Assembly (NCBI GenBank): GCA_004431415.1
Contig: QPMI01000219.1
Location: 62,001 to 126,000, forward strand
DNA length: 64,000 nt
DNA from: Cyanophora paradoxa CCMP329
Taxonomy: Eukaryota > Plantae > Glaucophyta
Direction of reading: 5' to 3'
In this document: in pieces, positions 12,209 to 22,670 of the stretch
Layout of the letters: each line of letters starts with the position of its first letter
Position numbering within the stretch: position 1 is the stretch's first letter
Notes under the pieces: generated by a model
Seen by the model: only the letters and a program-made list of their open reading frames with translations
Databases searched by the model: none
Told to the model about the DNA's origin: nothing
Position numbers and translations under genes: made by a program

Positions 12209-15200
12209 TCATCCCATGACTCCGTACCTCAGGTAGTTCTTGAAAGCTCGTACCGCGAGCGTTTCCACTACTGCTGTCTCGTGGCACGCTGTCCCCGGGG
12301 CGTGGTATTCTTGGCAGTGGTCGCAGTGGCCCTCTCCGCGTATCCGATCGAGTTCCCGCGCCGCGATACGGTGCGATTCGAGTTCGCGGTTTCCCTTTCG
12401 ATTCCGGGTCGGGTCGGGCGGGTTCGAATCCGGCCGGTCCTCATTCTCCGCTTCTTGCATCGCTGTCGCTCCCCCGACCTCTGCCGCGCTCGGCGTCCCA
12501 GCAGCGTCCTCGGGATGTCCTCCTGCAGCATCTGGGTCGGCCTCGCTGCCAACCGTCGGTGCTCGGTTCCCCTTCGGTGCGCGCTTGCTTCCCTGCGTGA
12601 TCCCCCACACTCGGGACTCATGCTTGCTCGTTGTTTTGCTTCTCGGCTTCCAGATCTCGCTGTGTACTTCCGTGAGCACCGTCTCCGCCAGCTGCCGGCA
12701 GACCGGTATGGTCTCTGCTTCGGCAAATCCCAGGTCGACTAAGACTCTGTCCATGTCGTTCGGCAGCAGGCCCTGGAGTACCCGCATGTGATCCAGGTCG
12801 TGCGCGCTGCGCCAACCCTTGTGCTCGCCTTGCATGTCGTGCCATGCGCCCGGATAGCTATTGCCCGCCTCCGGCGCGTGCACGTACCTCCGGCTGAAGT
12901 CATAGCACCGCATTCTCGCCGACAGGCTCTTCTCGGCTACCGGGCGCGCCTCGTAGACGCGTTCTAGGTCGAGGCTCGCCTGCTCCACCGATTTGGTTGG
13001 CTGCTCGAGGTGCGCCGCCTTGCGCTTTCCGGCCCGGGCGTTCGGGGCCTGCTCGGAGCCCTCTGACCGTTCTGCCCGCTCCTTCGCCCCCTCAGCTGCG
13101 TCGAGCGCTCTGCGCGCCGCCCCCACGACCTTCTTGTCGTACAGTTTCAGGAACTCCTCGTCAACTGCTTTCTGGATGCGGGCGTGAGCGGTGGGCAGGC
13201 TGGGGCATTCGATCAGGTAGTGGCGCAGCGTCTCCTTGGGTTTGGCCTCGCTCGCGGCGCACCGCAGGCACTCCCCTTCTGACTTCCCCTCGTATAGGTC
13301 CGGGCGGTCGTGCAGGCGTTTGGGCATCAGTGGCAGCCCGTCGATCAGCGCCTTCACGCCGTGCGCCCGCCACTTGTGCCTGTAACCGCTTATCTTGCGG
13401 TGCCAGTACTTGACGCTCAGCAGCTCGAGCGCTTGCTTGGGGCTTCCGAGCGCGTCCCGCAGGGCTTCGCCCGTCCGTCTCAGTTGAGTCCACTTGACGA
13501 AGCTCCGCACCGCGTGTTGCATTCTGATGTATCTGCAGGGGTCGATCTCAACCCGCTCGCCCTGGTGGATGAGCTCGAAGCCCGTGGACTCGGGGGGTAC
13601 GAGTACGTCGGCCCGGTACGTCATGTGCTCGCCGGTGGTGGGGTTGATGAGGGGCATGTTCGCTGCTGCCTTCGCGCGCAGGTCGACTTCCTTGTGGATC
13701 TCGTCGTTGGGGTCGTGGCCCGGCACCCACACTACTTCCACTCCTGCGTCCTCCCGCCTTCCTGCCCCGCGGAGCTCCATCACCGCGCGCCACAGCCGGT
13801 ACTCTGCTTTGTAGCTATCCCGTGTGTCTTTGCGCGCTGACTTCCGCCTGTAGTATCGCACCCGGGTGGCGAAGTTCCGTACGACGGAGAGGTTGTCACA
13901 GTGTACCCTCACCATCTTGTTGAGCGGTGCGATCAGCGTCGCGAGTATGGCCCAGTGTAGCTCGGCTTTATAATTGGACAGCTGCCCTCGCAGCCTCCCA
14001 CCGTACTGCATGTGCGGTTCCTGGGGGTCGTATACGGCGTACCCCGCTCTCGCCTTACCGGCCTTGCCCAGGTCGAAGGTGGATCCGTTGGAGTTGATTT
14101 GGTACTCCTCCTGTCCTTCGCGTTCGGCGATCCGGGTCTGCATCCCTTCTGTACCCGCTTCCAGGATGGCTTCCTTACGCATCTCGTAGATCTGCCATAT
14201 CGTCGCTCCCAGCAGCGCTTCGGGGCCCGCTTCCTCCTCTTCGTCTCCGGCCTCGGCGGGATCCTCCGGCTTGGGGGCGGCCGCTGTCTGCTCCCGAGTG
14301 TTGTTCTCTTCCGTCCCTCTCTCTCGCTTGGCGGTCGGCTGTACCCGTCTCCGTTTGCTTTGCTTCTGCACCCGTTTCCCTTCCTTGACTGGGGCTGCGC
14401 GGGCTCGCAGTTGGTACCGGCTTCTCCCTGCAGCCTGCACCTGCGGCGGGTCTACGTCGTCGGGCCTTGGTGGGCCTCCGGGGTCCTCGCTCATGTCCGA
14501 TTTGCGATCTGATTCTACCGCCTCCATCCCGCCCGTCCTCCAGGCGTTCAGCTCCTCAGTCTCGGGGGGCAGGCGCACCCGCGGCGGCCGCTCCTCGTCT
14601 CTGTCGGTTTCCGTCTGACGTTCGTACCGGACGCCCCACAGTGGGAAGAGCGCCTTTACTCTCTCATCGTACTCGCAGTTCTCGGTGTCAAAGTTCATGC
14701 TGCGTACTTCGGGGTCCGCCGGGTCCGCTTCCCTCGCCCAGCAGCACGTTCCGTCGCACTTTTCCCAGATCGTGTTTGCCTGACTGTTCTTGTCGCGGGG
14801 TACGTAGTGCGCGATGCGCGCAACTTGCGTTCCGTTCGAGTCCATCCTCGTGCTCATTACTAGCGCGAGTTCTTCGTTTCCTGGTATGTCGTTGGCTACC
14901 AGGGCGAAGGTGCCAGGTCGGATGTCATGTCCCTTAGCGAAGACTGACTGCGTAGCGGCCGCTCGCAGGCTTTGTTTGAGTTCCGTGCCCCCCTCCTTGC
15001 AGAGGTGCGTTCGGAGGAGCCTGTACCATTCTGGTTCGCTCCACGCTCGTGATCTTGCCTTTTCCCAGGTCTTCCAGGGCTGGAGGTGGGTCCCATTCGG
15101 CGCCCTCACCTGCGCTACTTGGAGGAGTCCCGCTCCATTAAGTGGGGAGCCATCTTCGCGTAGTCGCGCGACGGGACGTGGCTCTGAATCGTGTCCGCCG

Positions 15201-18200
15201 GTGCGGCCGGGGCGAGATCCGGGTGGGTGGTCTTGATCGTGTACCCCGCGCGCCCGCCACGTGTATCGTGTGCGCCATCAGGTGCTCTTTCTGAAGGTAC
15301 CGGGCCAGCTCCGTCTGCTCCAGCGGATTCAGGTTGGTTCCCATTGCCTCTTTGAGGGCCAGTAGCCGCTCCATGCGTACCTTCCCCACTAAGCTGTTCG
15401 TGTCGCGCAGCTGCGCCAGCAGCGTCGTCAGCTGTTCTTCGAGCTGCAGCGCGCGAAGGTTGAACAGGCCGTAGGGCGCCGGCGACGTCATCATATCGTT
15501 TGGTACGCTTTTGCTCAGCTCCGCGTGGTGTTTAACTACCGACCGCCAGGTGCGCTCCAGCTCGTCGACGTCTGCATCGCTGAGCTTCGCCATCTTCACC
15601 GCGTAGCGTAGGAATCCCTGCACCAGCGTGTTCACCAGGTACACGCTCTCCTCCTCGTACACTGTCTTTGTTCTGAGCACGGCCTCGGTCGCTCGCAGCT
15701 TCTCCTTCATGTAGTCGATCTGGGGTCGGCTGTCGAGGTCGACTGTCATGAACACGCCGAGAACCTTGAGCGGGTCGTTCTCGCTCATTGTTCGTTTGAT
15801 CTGCTTCCCTTCCTTGCCGATCTCCGGTGCGTTCATCGTGGGCCCGTATTTCGGGCTCGACTTCGAGTTGCGTGTCACGTATCGCGTTTTCTCGGCGCTG
15901 ATCTCGATATCGTGCATATCGCAGAAATCGCTGGCGAGGCGGGCCCTCTCCACGATTCCCTCGCGGCTCTTGGCAATCCAGTGCGTGTCGTCTGCGAAGG
16001 CCGTGTGCGTCACCTTCGCGATTCCTTGGTTCATCTCGTACGGCCCGAGCGTTCCCCCCATCTTGTTCGCCACGAAGTCCTGAGCGTGCAGCAGGGGGTC
16101 GTAGAAGATGAGCCAGTGAAGTGGCGCCTCAACTGCACCCTGGGCGAGCCCCACTTCCCTCCTGAATTCCTCCGTCGTTCCGTGCACCGTTCGTATCTTC
16201 GTGCGGTTGTTCATGTGCGAGAACCGGTGCAGCTCTATATATTCCTCGGGTATGTTCAGCCTGCGGAATGCGAGCTCCATGCTCTCCCAGCTGACCGTGT
16301 CGTAGGCCCGACGGATGTCCTGGAGGATGACGTACAGCTCCTTGTCGTACTGGTGCGCGTCCTCTAGGATTCCCTGCAGGATAAAGAGGGGGTCCTCCGT
16401 CGTTTTTCCTTTCAGGAAGCCCGAGTTCTGGCCCTTGAGCGCGCCTTGCTTCACGAGCATGTCCTAGAGGCGGTCCGCCAGTATCCCCTTCATGAGCTTG
16501 TCCCCCACCTCAAGCAACGTGATGGGCCGTACGTTCGTCAGTTTTCCGTCCCACGTTGGGATCTTGCTGATTCCGACCGTTGTCGCCTTGTTCCACGAGT
16601 CGGGCGTCCTCCTCAGGCGGACTGCGTCGCAGATGATGAGGTAGAGCAGCTCGTTAGGGGCGCTCTCCCCCGGCCAGCTCTTGATCTGCGAGTTCTGCAG
16701 GTTCGAGTCTCCGGGGGCCGTCGGCTTCAGCGTTCGCCTTTTCTCGTTGTACTCTGCCCATCGCGGCGCGTCCATCGCTCCCTCGTATTTCAGGTGGGTC
16801 TTGGTCTTGTACATGTGCTTCCATAGTCGCTTCTCTTTGAGGGTTTGGTCGATCTTCGGATCCCGCTTTCCCCAGTACTCTTCGAAGTACTCTTTTAGGC
16901 GTCCGCGCACTGACGGGGCATCTGCTAGGACTTGTGGCCTTTTATGGTCGGGTACTTCTTCGACAAGCGTTTCGAAGGGCACGATCCCCGTGCTTTTGCC
17001 CATCGTCGCCTGCCAGTACCTGCCAGGGTCCGTCTTGAACCACTCCCTCGTCTTGTCCCGGTACTCCGCGCGCTTCTTCGTCTTCAGCTTTTTGTACTCC
17101 TTCGGGATTTCCCGGCGCAGTCGGTTGATGGCCGCCCCGAGCGCTTCGTGCCAGTACTGCCATTCTGCCATCGGTGCGCGGGGTTGGGGGAGGGGGCCGG
17201 CCGGGAGGCTTGTGCTGACCGCTTGCAGGCGCGCGAGTCGGACCTCTGGCTGCAGCCGGTGCCAGGCCCGTCTCAGCTTTCGCATCTTTAGGCTCATGTT
17301 GTGCCGTCGCGCGATCGTGGGGGGCTTGTCCGGGTCGCGCGCGCTGAAGATTTCCGCGCAGCCTACTTCCACCGCCGCCCGGCCTGTCTCCTCGGCCAGT
17401 TCTTTGTACGCTTCGTCCGCCGCTTTGATTAGCTTCTGTTTCGCGGCTTCTGATAAGGCCCTCCACTCCTCTTCGCTCTTCGGCCTCTCAATCTTTTTGC
17501 ATTTGTCTAATACGGGCTTCAGGTACTCCTCTAGGATCCCGTAGTACTCCGCCCTCGCCTCCTTCTTCGCTTCCCCTGGTCCGTACAGCGATTTGAAGTT
17601 GTACCTGGGTGGCCGGTCTTTGTGTTTGATCGCGCCCGGCCCGAACATGCGCAGGTTGGCGGTCAGGTCGATGTCCGCCATCATCGGCAGGTGATCCGAT
17701 TCCATGTACTCGTTGGCTCGCTCGACTTCGATGCCCGCCCGCAGCCCGTCTGTGGCCGCCGGCCCGTTCAGCAGGATCACGTCAATTCTGCTTCCCGTTT
17801 CGATCTCGTCCGGCACGCCCTCCGTCGAGCCCCGGATGTACGTCACTTCCTTCGCGTTCGGCTGCGCGACCCGGTAGGTGTCTTTCCACCCCCATTCCTC
17901 GACTCTGGCCCAGAGGTCTTCTGCGTAGTGATCGGCTCCCGCCGGCGTTGCCCACCTTCCCGCGCTGATTCTGTCCTTCGTCCTTTCCGCGACCGAGTTC
18001 AGGTCGCCCATCACGATGAGCGGCTGGGGGTAGGGGTCAAGATCGACCTGCTCGTCCAGCTCCTGCAGTGTCTTCATGATCTGTTCGTAATCTGCTTTCG
18101 TTTGCGCGTTCTCGTTCTTATCCGGCGGCACGTACACCGAGACCAGATGCACTTGTCTGAAGTTCGGGAGCTCGAGCTTGACGGCTACCAGGCGACCCGG

Positions 18201-20372
18201 GATGCGGTGCGTGACCTTTGCGTAGGGGTGCCAGCGCCTCGAGATCCATAGCAGGGCTCCTTTCTTATGTCTCGCGCCTTCCTTATCCGCCGGGGGGCCG
18301 GACGTGAAGTAGGGCCCGATCCCCTTCTCGTCCCCCGCGTTCAGCATCTTTTCCCACTGATTTGGCCTGCCCCCGCGCAGGCAGGGTAGGTTGATCTCCT
18401 GGAGGGCTACTGCGTCGAGTCCGTACGCCTCGGCCATGCGGGGGAGGGCGCTGCGCTTCGCGTCCGTGAACGAGCAGACGTTCCTGGTGAGCAGCCGGAG
18501 GCGTCCCTGTAGCGCTTTCGCCGCCTCCTGACCGTTGAGCTGTACCTTGATCCTTGCTGCCCCGCCCAGGAAAGATGCCACCAGTCCCGTCGCGAGGCTC
18601 GGGAAGACCGTACCTTTGGCTAGTCCCTGCGCTGCTGCGGTTCCCTGCACCATTGCCAGTAGGATCGCTAGTACTAGCGCTAGTTCAGTTAAGTTCAGCG
18701 GTTTTACATGCATCGCCCTCTGTGGTGTCGTCTGGCTAGCTACTTCTCGGGGCTTGCTCGTGTTCTTGCACGTTCCGCTTGTCACTCTGTCCGCTGCAAG
18801 GGCGCTGTTCCCTTGCGTTCCCCCTGTCAGGAGCAGGAGGGCGAGTCGGAGGGCACTGCTGGCTCGCCGGGCCTGTCGGGTTTCCTGTCCCTTTCTCTTT
18901 GCTATCTGTCTTCTTGTTCTAGCCCTCTCCCCGTCGTGATTCTCGCCCCTGTTCTTAGTGTCCTCTCCATTTGCAGCGCTGCAGGCGGCAATGATAGCTG
19001 TTATCGTATTTACAGTCATGCTAGAGAGACCTTGGAGTTCGGCTATGTACATTATTAGGATTATTCCGAGCAGATTTATTATGCGCGGCAGGGGCGGGGC
19101 GCGGGGGGCTGCTTGTTGGAGCGCCTTGAGAGCCGTTCCCGCCGCTGTCCAGCGCCAGAGGTTCACTGGCTCCGGGTTCGAGTTCACCATTGCGCTTGAG
19201 CTTGTTTGTCTGCGGGCGGGCGGGCGGGGCGATGGGCCGGTCGGGGCAGTGTATTCGTCAGAGAGAGCTCGAGGGTGGGATTTGTGGACGAGCGAATCTG
19301 GATCCGGATCTTGTGTTGGCCACGCAGCTGCGGAACAGCTCGTGCCTGACTCCGCAGCTGCCGAGCAGCTCGGGCCTTCCCTTTCGCCGCCGAGCGACTC
19401 TGGGACGTCTTGTACTGGCCACGCAGCTGCCAAGCAGCTCGTGCCTGACTCCGCAGCTGCCGAGCAGCTCGGGCCTTCCCTTTCGCCGCCGAGCGGCTCT
19501 GGGGCTTCTTGTACTGGCCACGCAGCTGCCAAGCAGCTCGTGCCTGACTCCGCAGCTGCCGAGCAGCTCGGGCCTTCCTTTTCGATCGTGATAGCGAGGT
19601 GGGGCGAGGCGGGCGGGACGGGTGGGGGCGGGATGATGTCGCACATGGTCATGTTGATCATGAAGTGAGCGCGAGGGCCCATGATCAGATCTGCGCATTC
19701 TGCGGCGGGCGGGCTGGCGATGAGCGCAGGGAGGCAGGGCGGGGCGCACAGCGTCTCTGTTGTGTTGGCGCTGGCGTTCGTTGAGGCCGGGAGCAGCATA
19801 ACAATCCGGATCAAATCTGCGTTACTGGAGCACAGCAGCGCTTTTGCGGCTAGCGGGCGCGCGCGGGGGTCTAGCGCTTCGGGCATCATGGTCTCGTACG
19901 GTTTCGTGGCTGTTGAGTGGCGTTCGCGGCCGCCTGTCGCAGTCTTCAATCCCGTTCCGTTGCCGAGAGCTGTTTGAACGAGAACTGCGGTCAGCAGGGT
20001 CAGCATTGCGATTCCCATTGGGATGCGTATACAAATCGTCCTTCGTAGTGTCCTTGTCGAGCGAAGTCGGGCTCCCGGTGCTGCGTCCGTAGCGGGAAGC
20101 CGCGAGGCTTCCCGCTGCCGCGGCCTGCCCCGGTGCGGGGGGCAGGCACGCTCGCTCGGCTGGCTGCTGGGGTCCCCGGATGCGTGTTTGGATCCGGGGC
20201 CTGGCCGCTGGCGTGTCGTTCGCTGGCGGCCGTCTTCGCTCGCAGCTCCGTGCGTCTCCGCGGCTTGTCTGGGCGCTCGGGCAGGGTGTCCCGACGCTTG
20301 CTCGCATCTTATGCTGTGGTCCTGTGGGCGTTCTCGCGCTGGCCGCTGTTGTGCGGTGATGATGAAGTACAT
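12209..20372 (-). pseudogene. LINE polyprotein (~2700 aa reconstructed): hydrophobic N-terminal extension, AP endonuclease, reverse transcriptase, RNase H, CCHC zinc finger
   Basis: APE: TRNVCS, ALQEI, GDLNS, SRIDVIL, SDHLP. RT: RPITLLE, QDIRRAYDTV, GLAQG, IFYDPLL, AFADD. RNase H: NSNGS, YKAEL, HCDN, WVPGH, EVDLRAK. Zinc finger: CLRC...ETLRHYLIEC. Lesions are an in-frame TAG at 16466-16464 and two single-G losses in G runs near 15255 and 15130. Confidence 0.93.
19310..19586 (-). repeat. 99-bp (33-aa) in-frame tandem repeat, ~2.8 copies, inside the LINE ORF
   Basis: The EREGPSCSAAAESGTSCLAAAWPVQ unit occurs three times; ggccacgcagctg recurs at 19318, 19417 and 19516. Confidence 0.92.
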
Positions 20373-21613
20373 GTTGACAAGGTTTGGGTGCGCGTTGCAC
20401 GGAGAAGCGGCTGATCGCTTCTTTATGCTTTGGTTTGGTGTTCTAGCGTCTTTCGCAGGCCGGAGAGGCCTGGATTTGCTGTTTCGGGCGCGCTGTACAA
20501 ATTTTCCGGGGTACCGGACCGGCCCACACTGAACAAGAAGATGGCAGTGCTTGGTTTCAGGACCCAAGATATATATACCAGCACCAACTATAATGTTGTA
20601 GCGGGGGACACGTTTGTTCAAGAGAGCGGCTCCACTCTGAATAAAAGGATACGAACATGCACAAGGCACTTGCCTTGTGCACCCTGGCATGTGCACCCTG
20701 CACCAGCAAGTCACTCAGTGGAAGGCCCCAGGTTTGGGATCTGCCACAAAATAGAAGAAAGATGCACCCCAAATCTCTCTGGGGGAATATGCATGAGGCA
20801 AGCCTTCGGCAGATGACCCACCAACCTGCAAGCCACTCAGTCAAAGGCCCCAGGTTTCTGATCCGCCACAAAATTGAAGACAAATGAACCCCAAATCTCT
20901 CCTGGGGAATAGGTTTGAGGTTTCCAGTCACTCAGTCAAAGGCCCCAGGTTTCCAATCTGCCACAAAAAAGAAGAAAGATGCACTCCAAATGTCTCTGGG
21001 GGAATATGCACAAGGTGCTAGCCTTAGGCAGATGACCCACCTCAAAGCAAGTAGCTCAGTCAAAGGGCCCAGGTTTCCTATCTGCCAGACAAAAGAAGAA
21101 AGATGCACCCCAAATCTCTCTGGGGGAATATGCACAAGGCGCTAGCCTTAGGCAGATGACCCACCTAAAAGCAAGTTACTCAGTCAAAGGCCCCAGGTTT
21201 CCGATCTGCCAGAAAAAAAGAGGAAATATGCACCCCAAATCTCTCTGTGGGGCAATTTTAGGTCAATTCGGATTAGTGCAGGATATTACACGAAGGACGA
21301 TTTGGCAGCTGAAATTACGAAAGTGCTGTCCAGTAAAAACAACAGTGATGACGCCAATGGGTTTGAACTTGGCAACTATGTGAAGTGCAGGTACAGCAAC
21401 ACTGTAGGTGCATACGAATTTTACAGTAATATTGTGTTCTTCCTGATTTTTTGGTTGAAACCATTGAAGAACACGAACAATAGCCAGAAGAACACACTGA
21501 ACAAGAAGATGGCAGTGCTTGGTTTCAGGACCCAAGATATATATACCAGCACCAACTATGACGTTGTAGCGGGGGACACCTTTGTTCAAGAGAGCGGCTC
21601 CACTCTGAATAAA

Positions 21614-22153
21614 CGACGTGCTTCTGAGCACTCGGGCGGCCCGGGGCCTCCCAACCCCCGCCGCAGCGGACTCCCCGCGCGCGCGCGCGCCAGCTGGAGG
21701 AGGTATCTCTCGGCCGAGGAGCACAGGTCGCCGGCTGCGGCCGGCGATGCTGTGCGCCCGCCGGTTTTCACCCGGGCTCTCACGGGCTCCGGTTTCCGGC
21801 CCTCCCTGGGGTTAGTCGGCTTTGCTCTCTTAGTGCGCTTCTTCCCTGCCAAATTGAGGGCTATAGTTCAGGCTCAGCCGCTTCGACCTCATCCTCGCTT
21901 ATACATCGGTCCTCTCTGTAGGCGCCCTTGTCCTGAGGGGGGTTATAGTAGCTCTGCTCTGCTTCGGCTCTCTAGGCAGGTGTAGGCAGTGTTTCTAGGC
22001 AGGTATAGGCCCCTTTCTCCAGTACAATAGCTCCACCCGGTCCGATGTCCGAAAGGCTTGTTCCCGTAGGCTCATCTCTCGACTTGACACAGATGGACAC
22101 TGCAGTCATATCCCTAGCCATTTGTCTCGGTGTGTGCGAATTCATTTGTTAAG
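21614..22153 (-). mobile_element. 540-bp insertion, probably a 5'-truncated retroelement 3' end or a SINE-like element
   Basis: 15-bp TSD TCCACTCTGAATAAA at 21599-21613 and 22154-22168; absent from the other repeat units. The left part has many GC hairpins (e.g. ccggaaaccgg and gtgct-caga-agcac on the - strand). Strand is inferred. Confidence 0.85.
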
Positions 22154-22670
22154 TCCACTCTGAATAAAAGGATACGAACATGCACAAGGCACTTGCCTTG
22201 TGCACCCTGGCATGTGCACCCTGCACCAGCAAGTCACTCAGTGGAAGACCCCAGGTTTGGGATCTGCCACAAAATAGAAGAAAGATGCACCCCAAATCTC
22301 TCTGGGGGAATATGCATGAGGCTAGCCTTAGGCAGATGACCCACCCACCTGCAAGCCACTCAGTCAAAGGCCCCAGATTTCTGATCCGCCACAAAATTGA
22401 AGATTGATGCACCCCAAATCTCTCTGGGGGAATATGCACAAGGCGCTAGCCTAAGGCAGATGAACCCACCCACCAGCAAATCACTCAGTCAAAGGCCCCA
22501 GGTTTCTGATTCGCCACAAAATAGAAGAAAGATGCACCCCAAATCTCTCTGGGGGAATATTTCATGAGGCTAGCCTTAGGCAGATGACCCACCCACCTGC
22601 AAGCCACTCAGTCAAAGGCCCCAGGTTTCTGATCCGCCACAAAATTGAAGATGGATGCACCCCAAATCTC

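Larger units (their letters stand above)
12088..20524 (-). mobile_element. Non-LTR retrotransposon (LINE), 8.4 kb, with a poly(T) 3' end
   Basis: Flanked by a 17-bp TSD CACACTGAACAAGAAGA (12071-12087 and 20525-20541); the empty site is present in the other repeat units. Encodes APE, RT, RNase H and a CCHC finger. The sense-strand 3' end reads ...CCGAGCAAATTTTTTTT. Confidence 0.96.
6040..22670 (+). repeat. 967-bp composite tandem repeat (371-bp penton-gene fragment plus ~4.7 satellite monomers), interrupted by two insertions
   Basis: Copies of 4605-4975 start at ~6632, 7599, 8566, 9533, 10499, 11829 (split by the LINE, resumes at 20525) and 21251 (split by the 540-bp insertion). Near-identical ORFs recur at a 967-bp period. 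Confidence 0.95.

Noticed and set aside
12209-13200. Dualen-type second (restriction-like) endonuclease after the CCHC finger
   Set aside because: I could not see a PD-(D/E)xK motif downstream of the zinc finger.
20525-20714. First ~63 aa of the 1416-aa ORF
   Set aside because: Lies outside the TSD in the flanking repeat; the frame is open across the junction by chance.
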